Under the pieces are notes generated by a model. The model was not told the DNA's origin, ran no database searches, and saw nothing but the letters and a program-made list of their open reading frames with translations. From Hemiscyllium ocellatum (Eukaryota): DNA of 64,000 nt. The stretch is taken from the NCBI RefSeq assembly GCF_020745735.1, contig NC_083427.1, positions 1,457,438 through 1,521,437 on the forward strand. Direction: 5' to 3'. Shown here one piece after another: positions 1-12,359 of the stretch. A program made the translations under genes and the position numbers. Numbering within the stretch: position 1 is the first letter of the stretch; the number at the start of each line of letters is the position of its first letter.

Positions 1-488
1 GATCAGAGATTCATTCTTGAAATTAATGAGCCATTCACACCCTTGTAAGCTCTTCTGCTTGCTCAGTACCTTCATCCTATTCCCACATGTGTTTTCAAGC
101 CTTTGAGTTAATTTTATTGACAAGACTGCAATTCTTATGATTTTCAAAATAAATGAAGTGTCACAAACAGATGAAACTTGCACTCATTTGTGCAAACTGT
201 AGAAATGTAATGTTGCCTACAATTTACATCAGTGTTGTAATATAATTTAGTTATTGACTTCCTATTCTGTCCAGGCAGTGGCGTGAAATGTACTTGCTAT
301 TATCTACTCCATATTGCCAATCATTTATATGTTGTAGAAATTCTGACCTTCAATCTAACATGATTTCAAAATGTAATGTTATTCAGTTCGTTCCACAGAT
401 TACGTCAGTATTCACATATTTTGCCTCATAAATGATTTTCCGTTTGCAAATAAAATCAGTTTTTAATTAAGCAACCGATGTACAGAGC

Positions 489-494
489 TTTATT
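489..494 (-). terminator. Candidate polyadenylation signal AATAAA of the minus-strand transcript
   Basis: TTTATT on the + strand, about 340 nt downstream of the terminal-exon stop. The terminal exon has a strong acceptor TCTTACATCTTTCAG (AG at 870-869). Confidence 0.3.
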
Positions 495-959
495 CATTTA
501 CTTTCAAAGTTTGCTGGCCGTAACAATCGTCAGATTGAATTGAAACTCAGTCCTGTCAAGTTTGAAGCATTGACACGATCAAACCTTATTGCCCAAGCAC
601 AAACTCTCCTTGCGAGATCATACTTTTTTATCTGCTACAATCTCTGTTACATCGGGGACAGCAAAAGCATGTGAGGATGTTAACTGAATTGAAGGGGTAT
701 TGGCTGGCACTGTTTGATCCCATGCAATGTATATCCTTGTATTTATGCAGAGTAGAGCGACAAGTTTTGATAATTATCATGCAACAAAGATGAGGGATAA
801 AACGTCACTGAATTACTGCCACAGATATTAGTCATCAACGGAATCTAGTCTTCAGTTCAAAATTCTTCCTGAAAGATGTAAGAATTACATCTATCTGTAA
901 TGAATCAGAAACGCTATTCAGTAATGAATGAATCAATTATTGAAGACTAATCAGCAGAT

Positions 960-2812
960 CTTGATACCTTGGCCCTGGAAATTACTACCCAAGATCCATA
1001 AACCTGACTACCCTGGCTGCCCAATCATCTCAGTTTCCTCCTGTCCAACTGAACTCATCTCCACATACTTGCTTACTGTCCTGTTCCTCCGGTCCAGGAA
1101 CTCCCCACATATATTCAGAGACCATCCACGCCTTCCAACCCCTCCAATACGTTCACTTCCCTAGTCCCTGAAGCCTCATTTACACCATGCTCGTCCATAC
1201 GGACAATAGAACTCCATCTGCCATGACGAAGGCCTCCAAGCCATCCGTTTCTTCCTCGACAGCTACCTCCACGAGTGGCCTTCCACGAACATTCTCATTC
1301 ATTTGGATGAACTGACCCTCACCGTGAATAATTTCTTCTTTGAATCCTCCCACTTTCTCCAGACAAATGGATAGTCATGGGCACCCGCATGGGCCACAGC
1401 AATGCATGTCTCTTTGTCGGTTATGTTCTACAGTTTCACTGCTTCCATTTTCCACCTTTTCCTCCCCTACATTAATGAGTGTATTAGCACCACCTCGAGC
1501 TCTCACGACGAGGTTGAACAGTTTGTCAACTCCACAGACACATTTCGCCCTGGCCTGAATTTCACCTGGATCATCTCAGACGCCTCCCCCCCTCCAATTG
1601 CAGGACTTCTGCATCTCCATTAACGGTGACTGACTCAACATTGACATCACCTACAAACCTATCGACTCCCACTGCTCCCTGGTCTAAACCACCTCCCACT
1701 TTGCCTGCTGTAAAATCCTGAACACTTATTCCCACTTGCTCCGCCTCTGCTGCATCTGCTTCCACGGGAACCAGTTCCACCAGAGAACAAACCAGATCGC
1801 CTTCGTTTTTGAAGACAACAACTTTCCCTTCCATGTGAGTGAAGATTCCCTCCAACCCATCTCATCCATTTCTCGGACCTCTCGACTACCCCACCCTTCC
1901 AACTGCAACAAAGACAGATATCCCACGGTCTTGACGATCAGGTCCACCAACCTCTGTATACATCTCATCATTCTCCTGCATTTCCATCACGAACAAATGA
2001 ACCCCACCAACAGAGATAAATGTCCTCCCCACCCCATCCACTTTCCAGAAAGACCGTTCCCTCTGCAACTCCCTTGTAAATTCCACGCCACCTCCAAAAC
2101 ACCTTCCTCTCCCAGCACCTTCCCGTGCCAACACAGGAATTGCAAAACTCGCACCTACACTTAGCCCTTCCCCTCCGTCCAACGCTCCAAAGGAGCCTTC
2201 CACATTCATCAGAGATTTACCTGCATTTCTACACATGTCGTTTACTCTGTCTGTTGCTCCCGATTTTGTCGCCTCGACATTGGAAAGATAGGAGGCCTAC
2301 TTGCAGAGCACTTCAGATAACATCTCCTGGACACCGAAAGCAATCAACACCACTGCCCCACAGCCAAATACATCGACTCCCACTCCCACTCCACCAAGGA
2401 CATTCAGGTCCTGCACCTCGTCCATCGCCACTCTTAAGCACCCGACGCATGGAGGAAGAATGCCTCATCTTCTGTCTTGGGACCCTACAACCACACGGCA
2501 TCAATGTGGATTTTACCAGTTTCCTCATTTCCCCTCCCCCACCTTATCCCTGTTGCAAACTTCCAAATCAGCAGTACGCTCATAACTGGTCTGATCTGTC
2601 TGCCTCCTCTCTGACCTATCACCATTACCCCCATGTTCGTCTATCTATCACACTCTCGCCTACAGTTCGCCTAGCCCACCTCCCTCCCATCTATCCCTCC
2701 ACCCCATCGGCTCACAGCCCAAATACTGTTGAAGAGCGTTTGCCCGAAACCTTGACCCTCCTGCTTCTCAGCTGCTGCCTGACCTACAATAATTTTCCAA
2801 CACAACACGTTC
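960..2812 (+). mobile_element. Penelope-like retroelement, decayed RT and GIY-YIG region plus 3' terminal repeat
   Basis: ORF 928..1164 contains LLPKIHKPDYPGCPIIS..CPTELISTYL (Penelope RT start). Downstream frames give CLIFCLGTLQPHGINVDF, the typical Penelope endonuclease C-terminus. Ends with the TTTGCCCGAAAC...CTGCTGCCTGACC terminus. Many stops and frameshifts. Confidence 0.85.
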
Positions 2813-4029
2813 GGCTGAATATTGCGTAACATGTTTAATGAATTATTTTACATTGTATGAGCGCAATTGTGTTTATCAATGGGAGAACGCAGAGATTTTA
2901 TATTCTGCAGTGGGTAATTTCTGCCTTCCGAAAGCTGACGATTCTGATCAATAAATTTGTCCTGACTGAGATAGCAATGCTCCCGAGACGATATTTAAAA
3001 GTGTTTTTACAATGTCTTGTGAACAATCGTATGAAAGTTCACCCCACAGTGTTACTGCAATTAGCCACATTGTCAGTCTTCAGTAGCCTTAGACAAACAG
3101 TGAATTTTCGGTGGTATATCCTGCCATGATAAGAAAGCTGAGAGTCCAAAGATTTCTTGACATCATTAAGTAGTTCATTATTAATGAAATTTCTTTCCTG
3201 TCTTGAGCCTAGTTAGCTGTTTCCAACATAATAACGTTTGCAACAATATCTTCATTTCAGGTATTTCCTGAGCATTATAAATGGTTCAACAGCTCTTGTA
3301 TAGAGACTTTAAGAGATTCAAGTGGTATCAGCCTACTAAATCAAATTTGTGTCAGTGATTTTCGATAGTTATTGGAATAGATCGAAGTGATCGTCCACTA
3401 TATTTCATGGAAACAAAATCGTCAACATTACACATGAATTGGCTTCACTGCCAATCATATCTTAGCGGAAAATGGGTATAAGTGACATCACATTGGGCTT
3501 CAGAGAAGTGATGTTAAAACCCTACCAATAATACACGCACAAAACAACCGAATGGGTAACATTAATTTCAATGGCCTGAAAACGATGCAAATAAATTCCA
3601 GAAACAATGACGTTGAATCTTCAATACTATGTCCCTGATAGTTGTGATGGTCAGAGTATGAGAATCTTTGCCCAGTTTCACCAAACTGCATTTCATTAAT
3701 TATAGATGAAAAACAAAAACCTGTCAGCACATTTGCCATGTACTATTTCTTCCCCCACTTAGCACAGTCAAACTGGCGATTTCAATTGAGTAATACAAAA
3801 GCGAATCTCAATTGAAATCGTTCAGTTTTTTCTCTTTGGAGATGAATCAAAGCCACGACCTTTCCTTACTTGAAAACTAAGCCGCATTTAATGGAATTTC
3901 GACAGAAAGTTACACTGTGCAACATGATCAGAAACCAGTTTATACTTTGTTGTCGTCGTGCACTTCTGGAAAGGAGAATGGGTTTATGTCACTGCATTTC
4001 ACTCCACCTAGAGACTAACGTTAGCTATT

Positions 4030-4180
4030 AGGTAAAAGCAATGACCGCAGATGCTGGACACCAGATTTTGGATTAGTGGTGTTGGAAGAGCACAGCAGTT
4101 CAGGGAGCATCCGAAGAGCAGCAAAATCTCCTCGGATGTTGCCTGAACTGCTGTGGACTTCCAGCACCACTAATCCAAAA
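4030..4180. mobile_element. Short fold-back insertion of Penelope terminal sequence with TSD
   Basis: Arms 4066-4117 and 4129-4180 are near reverse complements. Flanks TAACGTTAGCTATT (4016-4029) and TAACGCTAGCTGTT (4181-4194) form a 14-bp TSD with 2 mismatches. Confidence 0.8.
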
Positions 4181-4689
4181 TAACGCTAGCTGTTGCACGT
4201 CTGAGGAACAGGAGGAGACATATCAGATTGCATCGACAGTAATTGTGTTCATTTAGATCGCAAATAATGCCTGGCAGAAAAGTTTATAAACCTTGACACC
4301 GTTGTTAACACATATCCATCTATCTCATTGGGAAAGCTTAACTTGCCAGTAACCATCAACTTTCGAGAATTAATTGCACAGTGTATGTCATAATTGTTTC
4401 CTATTTCACTCCAGAATGGCCTATGTATAATTAAAACTACCGCTAGATTACTCTTGTCCTATCCAACAAGAAGATCGGTTAGTTAATTATGCCGACACAA
4501 TAAATATATTTTATGTGGTGTCTGATCCCAACAGACATGCATTGCTCATGTATAGATGTGAAAGGTGTGCTGATTGATTGGCAATTCATCCGTGACTGGC
4601 CGATACATTGCCATTCAGAAAACAATGCACAGCTGAACTCTTGTCGTGTTCCTGTGTAATCACCAAAGACTTTACTATAATGGAAAAAT

Positions 4690-4895
4690 CAATTGGAAAT
4701 GCTTACTATATTTGTTATTCTGTTAAGTTTGCTATTGTTCTGCTATAAAGCAATTCCGTCTTTATTTTGTTGCACTTCAACGACAGTGAATGAATAAAGC
4801 TTGTGTTGTATTTTAATTTCGAAAGGTCTACCTACCGAATTGCTTCTGGAATGCAACGCGTTATATTTACCTTTAAAATAATAAAATAGTTAGTG
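4690..4895 (+). mobile_element. LTR fragment, same family as the solo LTR at 43595-44174
   Basis: Similar by eye to the reverse complement of 43600-43810 (GTTATTCTG...GAATTGCTTCTGG...CCTTTAAAATAA). Confidence 0.45.
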
Positions 4896-4899
4896 CTGA

Positions 4900-5830
4900 G
4901 ACTAGACAAACACCAAACTGCACTAATCCCTTTGAACTTCATTTTTTGCACAGCCTTCTGTGCCCTGAAATGATAATTACTCATCAAGATCCTTCTTAAA
5001 TGTTATGAGATGCCTCCACCACCCTCTCAGGAAAATATTATATACTCCTACACCTTCTGGGTAGAAGAAATTTCAAGCCGCTTACTCGTCATTTTGCACT
5101 AATGCCATATGGTGTTAAGTACGCAAACCATAGAGAAAATAAAATCTCACAATTTCATATGTTGGGGCGGCACGGTGCTCAGTGGTTAGCATTTCTGCCT
5201 CACAGCGCCATCAAATTGCTCTCCCGCAGACAAGCCCTGCGTGTCCAGTCTCTCCTCATGACTTTCATGCCAACTAACATCCTGGCGAATCTCGTCTACC
5301 TCCTGTCAACTGTTTTGAGATCCCTTTTGCAGTTTGACAACCAGAACTGAATACAATATTCTATTTCTGATCTAAGTAATTTCTCTTCTAAAGTTGTAAC
5401 AAGACTTATTTTCTCCTGTTGTTCTATGCCTTGGTCTTTGATGGCAAGCGTCCCATATGCCTTGTTTACCACTGTAAATGTCCGTGCAACTTCAGTGATC
5501 TACAGACGTATATACCAATCTCCCTGTGTTCCTCAGTGTTACCTCGGGTTGCATGATTCCTGATATATGTCTTTCCATTTGCAATCTCCAAAAATGCATC
5601 ACGCCCCATTACACAGAATTAAATTTCATCTGTCTCGGCTCTACCCAATTTCCCAGATTATTAATATTAGACTCTGCTCCGAGACAGTTCTGCTCACCAT
5701 CAACAATTGTCGAGTTATCCAAAAACATGCTAATTATTGCTTCAATGTTCACATTCAATCAGAAACGCATATCGAACAGTAAAGATCCCAGCATGGATAT
5801 AGGATCCTCAAACAGACTGTCGTAAATAAA
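4900..5830 (-). mobile_element. CR1-clade LINE 3' fragment interrupted by a truncated SINE head (5165-5209, +)
   Basis: CR1 RT C-terminal signatures (CAACATCCTGGCGAATCTC, ACCAGAACTGAATACAATATTC, AATTAAATTTCATCTG). SINE head GGGCGGCACGGTGCTCAGTGGTTAGCA. Confidence 0.7.
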
Positions 5831-5999
5831 AAAGTCATTGACAACGCTCAAGGCCGGTCAATGAGCACTGCAGCCCGCAGAGTCATCACAAACAGGTCCA
5901 TTCCCAACTGAAAGTGCTCCTTGAGACAACTGAACAGTTTTTTCTCCCCCACAAGCAATCCTCCTCTGCATTGTTTTATCTGCTTAGTTTCAGAGTTGA

Positions 6000-6795
6000 T
6001 ATTACACAGACCTCTGGATCAGACAGGGCTGATCTCAGGCCTCAACAGCCCAGAGATAGGGACACCATCACTGTAACGAAAAATGTGCTGCTGGAAAAGT
6101 GCAGCAGGTCAGGAAGCATCCAAGGAACAGGAGAATCGACGTTTCGGGCATAGGCCTGAAAAAGTTTTGGAAATAACCCCAGAATTCCTGAAGAAGGGCT
6201 TATGCCCTAAACGTCGATTCTCCTGCTCTTTGGATGCTGCCTGACCTGCAGCGCTTTTCCAGCACCACATTTTTCGGCTCTTATCTCCAACATTTGCAGA
6301 CCTCACTTTCTCCCACTATCACTGTCCTGCAAGGGCTCTAAACATCTTTTTTCTATGTTTTCGAATCAACCTGTTCAGTTATGCTATTGCACACATCCAA
6401 AAGAATTATTTTTTGCACCCGTGCCTTCTGGTTCAGAGGTACCTATTTGAATACGTTCATTTAAATCTACAGTGATATGATCAAACACCAGCAGGTGGAA
6501 TTTGAAACGAGGAATTGATCGATTTGAAACCACAGCTTTTGTGCCGCAGGATACTTCACACATTCATTTCAACTTATTCTGTCAAGCTATTCAAAGATGC
6601 TAATCTGCTCCTCTGGAGCAGGTGGGACTTTAACTAGGATCTACTGGTTTCGAGATACCTCTTCACATTGTTGTAGGAATTTCCTCATTAAACTGTTCAC
6701 AGATATTATGACATGCCCCTTGAGCAAATTGGACTTGGCCTCTGAGCCTCCTGATTCAAAGGCATGAACACTGACACTTCACAACAAGAGCCCTC
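6000..6795 (-). repeat. Degenerate tandem array (~5 copies, ~110-bp unit) of a tRNA-derived SINE-like head
   Basis: Recurring CCTCTGGAGCAGGTGGGACTT...CTGGTTCAGAG...CACTG...ACAAGAGCCCT variants at ~6005, 6370, 6470, 6590 and 6700. The reverse complement shows A/B-box-like remnants. Confidence 0.55.
6075..6313. mobile_element. Fold-back Penelope terminal-repeat insertion with 12-bp TSD
   Basis: GAAAAATGTGCTGCTGGAAAAG...GACGTTTCGGGCATA is followed by its inverse TATGCCCTAAACGTCGATTC...CAGCACCACATTTTTC. TSD CACCATCACTGT (6063-6074) / CACTATCACTGT (6314-6325). Confidence 0.85.
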
Positions 6796-7069
6796 ATTCT
6801 TCACAATTTTTTTGACAATGGTGGGGCGGGGTTGGAGGGGGTCCTGAATATTCAAGAGGAGGCCTGTAAGCTCTTTTGCATTGAATATATTTCTTCCAAA
6901 TTAAAAGAAGTGGTGAGCTGGTGTGCGTATGCAATCCTGTACTAGCTGAAAAAAACATTCTATTCACGAGCACTTCCCGCTGCCACATTGCAATATATAC
7001 CACACATAGACATTTGGACGGAATGTACTGTCAGCTCTAAGAAAGTGTGCTTGTTTAATACAGAAAGGG

Positions 7070-7320
7070 CATGAGGGAGAAAGCGACAGACTGAGAGATA
7101 GAGCGAGAGGAGATTGATTGTGGATGGGTACTGAGAGGGTGGGAGAAAACTCGAGGTCTGGTTTAAAGTATGGCAGGCAATGAGAAAAATGTGGAGAGAT
7201 GCAGAGAGCAACAGTGAAAACTGGAGGTCGAAAGGAAAAATGTGGCTGTTGTGCAAAAGAGCCAGTGTGAGCGAGAAGGAGAGAGAGAGAGAGAGTTAGT
7301 GAGAAAGAAAGCATGGAAAG
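7070..7320. repeat. GA-rich low-complexity tract / degenerate (GA)n microsatellite
   Basis: Visible purine-rich GAGAGA runs. Confidence 0.7.
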
Positions 7321-7629
7321 AGTAGGAATCATATACTTCTGAGTCTCACTTTTGTAAGTTAAAACAAATTTGCTCCATTCTTTCCTCCATGGTAATTGCT
7401 TGGTTTTGGATACAACCAACAATGTAGTGTCTCCTCGATAATCTATTTTAACAACACAGAATCTGATTCAGAACTCTCAAGTAAGTTTTCTTTGCCCAGT
7501 TCAAGAACAGTTTATTTTATTTATAAATTAGGAATTTCTATTTTGTTCCATTCATTACGTTTTGCTCACCCACTTATAATTGCAAAGAATGCCTTTAAAT
7601 CCTTCAGGATTATTTGGAAATAAGATCAC

Positions 7630-8215
7630 AGTCTCGCAGATAATATTATCCCGAGAGTGAAGCCAAAATATATTTTCAGACACATCTGTCACTAGTTCTA
7701 AGATATCAAAGATGCAATAGTCTGAAATCCAAGGAATGCAGATTTTGGATTTTCGAGAAGAGGTTGGCGAAATTTCTATAGAAAAACAAAAATGGGGCAG
7801 CAATTGAAGGTGATTAAGCACCACCAATAACATTTCAACGTTGATGTTAATCTCGACAAGAATCGCGTAGTCAATGAAGGAAATACGCAACAAGTGACGT
7901 GGGATAAAACAGGAAGTGTACGGTCATTCAAATGTGGTTTACAACTCGGAGACTATTGGAAGAATCTGGTGAAATATTTTTAAACATGGTATGAAGCGTT
8001 CACATTACAGCCCAGGACAGGGAGAAGAGAAAACAGAGGTTGAAATTCAATTTGTAATGAATCTTGTGATGACAGGTATTTGGAATTAATAGACGTTTCG
8101 ATCAGTAATGGAATGGAAAATGGCTAGAAAATGGAGTTGAGAATCAACATTGGCTACATTGGATAAACGGAGCAGACTGGAAGAGCTAATAATCTGCCTC
8201 TGTTGCTGCATTTGA
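7630..8215 (+). mobile_element. Highly decayed CR1-like LINE fragments
   Basis: TTGGATTTTCGAGAAG (LDF-like) and the 3' end GGAGCAGACTGGAAGAGCTAATAATCTGCCTCTGTTGC. Confidence 0.4.
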
Positions 8216-9039
8216 TCTTCATGGCGTTAATATTAGCACTCTGAACATCCATCGTATTTGGATAAAGTTTGTGTATCTAATATGAAATATTTCCTCGTGA
8301 TTCTCACTGGAAAACATGTTGGAAGCATTTTAATTATTTCGACAGCCTGTTTTCTCCTGAGAACAGAGGAGTTCCTACGGTTCATTTCCAAACATGTCTC
8401 TCTGTTGCAAAGAGACAAGAAACATGTGTCGAGGGATGCACGAAATCTACAGATGTGATGCTTCGTATCCACTTTTTTGGATTGGCTGGTTAAGACAGCT
8501 TCATTTCGGGACTGGAATGGGTGATACTTTCAGTCAATTTTCAGAATTCACACTTGATCTGGCTCACATAGGCCATAAATCCAAAAACTGAACAATTACA
8601 GTTTAATCAATGAACATTTGCAACATCCGCATGGAAACTGTCACTTCACATTGTATTCCAGAAACTCCAAATTGTCGGAAAGATCACCAAATGTATTGCT
8701 GAAAATGTTACACCACTTCATTCAAGATAGGGGGACTTACATGACCAGATATAACGACAGAAAATTCGCAATAATATCCATAACGTTTTTACACACCTTG
8801 GAACTGTTGTAACACATAACTATTCCTGATTATTTTTAGGTGTTTGCCAGAGACTGACATTTCTGTCAACAAAATGAAAATTTTCACGAAAGAGATTTGG
8901 CCAAAACAGACAGCGACCATGATGTGTGAAATCATCTGCAGTGATTTAGAAGACATTATTACGTTCTTCGAAATAGATAGGAGTAAGAGAACCGAAGAGT
9001 AAGAGTAAGTGGCGACTAGAAATCCTCAGTGGAATGGAA

Positions 9040-9760
9040 GTAAATTCAACACTGTAAGCAAGCATCAAGTAATGGTATCGGATTGTGAAAACTATGACAT
9101 ACCAATATCAGCCAAAAATTTCTCTTGGTCTACAGCACTGGAGGAAAGTCACGCAGACATACTACATTGGAGAAACTCCACACAGTTTGTCAGCCAAGTC
9201 TTGAATCAAACCCAGTTCCCTGGTGCTCTGAGTGAGCATTGCTAACCATTGATCCCATTGAGTCTGCACGAACCTGAAGAACATTCCATCCAAATCCACC
9301 CACACCCTGTCACCAATTGTTTTAAATATTGCTAACCACTCTAATCTGCACACGACACAAAAATTTTCCGCATGGTCAATCTGCCTAATACGCAGATTTT
9401 TAGATAGCATGGAAATGCTCATAGATACTGGGAGGCTTACAAACTACAAATAGACCATAGTCTAAGCCAGGAATCCAACTCGGGTCCCCAGCGCAGTGTG
9501 TCCTCAAATATTTCACCCAACACTCATGGCTCGGAGACTCAGTAGTTCAGTGGTGAGCACTGTTGCCTCACAGTATCAGGAAATTAATTCCTATTCCTCG
9601 GGCGAGTATCTGCGTGCAATTTGCGCGTTCTACACGCGTCGACAGATTTCCTTGCACGGTTCAGAGATTTGCAGATTGCGTGAATTAACCATGTAATTTG
9701 CCCATAGCGTCAAAGAATGTGCAGGTTAGATGGGGTGCAGTGGCAAGTAAAATGAGCTAC
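9040..9760. mobile_element. Cluster of a decayed LINE fragment and two old HE1-like SINEs in opposite orientation
   Basis: Minus SINE remnant (CATGGTCAATCTGCCTAA...GGAATCCAACTCGGGTCCC, ~9370-9500) and plus remnant (AGTGGTGAGCACTGTTGCCTCACAG, ~9530-9750). Confidence 0.55.
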
Positions 9761-10863
9761 TGTTAGAACAAATCATTCACTCTCCACATAAATTGCCCAT
9801 ATAAATAGGAATATGCAATATTATAATTTTGACCCTGTTCATTCTGTAAATACTACTCGGAGTATGCTACAAATGATTGCATCCCATCTGTTCCTATCAT
9901 TTTTTTTTAAAGCTGATCGACTCGACCTTCTGGTACTTGAACAGGAAAAGGAGGAAAAGCTACCAAAATTAAGCTTGACTTTCATCGATGAACAATTGGA
10001 GTGATGTGTAAGTCTTTGAGGTAGAAGATAATTCTACACCTCAATACGGATACTATGAGAAACAACAAAAATTGTTAAATCTGTACAAACAACGGACTCA
10101 GCAAAGTATTGTTTTTTTGACAGTTGATGAAATGCGTCCTCATGAATTTTACATCCTGATCTCATCCACGGCCGAGATTAACGCAGAGAAGACTGCTGTC
10201 CTGATCCACTCTTCTCTTTGGTCTTTGTCTGATGCAAAACCAGGATTCAGAGTATCAGCATCCCAATGGAAACCGAGCTTTCTCCAAACATTATTGACTC
10301 CACTGCAACGACTGGTTTCTTGCCACTTTGAAATATCACTCGACTCTCAACTTTCCTTTGCTCACGAGTTGCTGAAAATGTTATTATTTCCTTTGTTACA
10401 TGTCGATTTGACGACTGAATCTATCTCCTGGAATAACTCCGAACATCTTGCACATTCAAAATATTTCTTCAATTCTCGTCCTTCGACATCATTCGTAGGG
10501 CTTCCATATTTACAGCAATCAAAATGTACACTGAAGTGGTAGAATGAGAACGTGATTGGACCAGTAATCCAGATATAAAGGTTGGTGAACTCAGTTGATA
10601 TCTCACCATAGTTGCTGCAGGAATTGAAGGTTCATTAACAAATCTGGAATTGCTCTTAGCAATAGCGACCATGGGACCATACCTTAAAAAAAATTGGTTC
10701 ATTAAGATCCCAATTCATTAAATAAAATCTCCTAGGCCTTATACAAACTGCGCAGGTATTTTCTAAAGTTGCTGTAGAATTGCCGCATGAGCCATTCAAT
10801 TTGTGGGCAATTAGAGTCTGGCGAAAAGTGCTGATGTCTCCATTTTGTGAACAAAACAGAGTT

Positions 10864-11190
10864 GGGTGGCTCGGTGATTCCATGGTGAGCACTCCTGCCT
10901 CACAGCACCAGGGACCTGGGTTTGATTCCCCCCTCGGTCAACTGTCTGTGTGGAGTTTCCACATTCTCACTGTGTCTGCGTGGCTTTCCTTTGCGCGCTT
11001 TGGTTTCCTCAAACAATCCAAACATGTGCAGGTCAGGTGAATTGGCCATGCTACATTACCCACAGTGTGAGGTACATTAGTCAGGGTTAAATGTAGGGGA
11101 GTGAGTTTGGGTGGGTTACTGTTCAGAGGGGCGGTGAGGGCATGGTTGGTCGAGGGGCCTGTTTGCACACCGCACAGAATTTAATCTAAT
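10864..11190 (+). mobile_element. HE1-type V-SINE, full length
   Basis: tRNA-like head, V-domain TGTGTGGAGTTT..CATTCTC..TGTGTCTGCGTGG..TTCCT, GGTGAATTGGCCATGCTA and AATCTAAT tail. Confidence 0.9.
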
Positions 11191-12359
11191 TTGGAAGACG
11201 TTCTTGTTGTTGTTTAATACTAGTCTCTTCTGTATCCTACTTTTCTACTGTCTGATTGATGGCAGTCAATGGCAGTTACGTCAACAACAATAAAAGATTT
11301 TCCATGTTTTTAATATGTCTGCTGATCCGATCGTTATCACAATCGTTGAGTTTCATGCTCATCTCATGGAGGACAAGAGATCTTTGTTTAATCTCTACTG
11401 CTAATACTTCGTATGCACGAAGTCAAGATGGAAGCTCTGGCACAGGTTAATGGATTGATTGGCAAGCTGCAGACCAGGTGGATCGTCCAGAAAGCTCAGC
11501 GTTGTGAGTGGAGAGGATAGAAAATCTTTGCATAAAAACTCACAGAGACAAGTGTTATTGCAAGTGTCAGATTTTGCATGGGATTTTGTTGGTTAAAAGT
11601 CTCCAGTACAAGGTTTCATTCATAGAATGCAAAGAAGGAATGCAAAGAGTTAGCTTATTACAGATGAGATAATCTGTTAACTCAGGGAAGTGCACACCTG
11701 TAATTATGTCAGAGAATGCACACTCACTAACCAAATTTGCGCAATACATGCCTGACCTGTCCACAGTCAAGCAAAGGTATCTGAGAATTATTGTGGCAGC
11801 AATTCACACTCTGTCCAATGGAACGTAAAAACGTTTATGCTCATGGTAACACGATTATTTTGGTGAACATTTCTTTCTGAGATGTATTATCTGTCCATCA
11901 CAGATGGTGCCTTCATAAGGAGACAAGAGAACGCTTGATGAAATGTTGCACCTGCTAATGCTGGAGCATCCCTCTCTGATTGGGGAAAAGGCTGCTGTTG
12001 AATAAGTGTGCATATATCTTTCCTGGTGGATGGTTTAGAAAGGGAGAGATTTGGTAGCATAGAATGTGTCACCTATGTACACAGACAATATTTTTCTGAG
12101 TGGGAGAAGCAGAGAACATACATAAAATTTCTGATCTACGTTACACGATCCGAACTCTACTGTTCTAACACAGTAAGTATATATTTTTTACACTATTATG
12201 GACATCGTGTCAATCAGTATCAGGATGACAAAATTAACAGCTGTGTTTTCAAGAATGGTAAGTTGAAATTTTATTCCATTACCAAACCTGTGATCACCAG
12301 TTTCATTTCACCACTCTTTTGCTGTATTCTGCTTTCAACGTGAAAAAATTTATAACAAC

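Noticed and set aside
928-2829. Longest ORFs in the track (for example 2125..2829, 234 aa) as host genes
   Set aside because: They are off-frame or broken pieces of a Penelope-like element.
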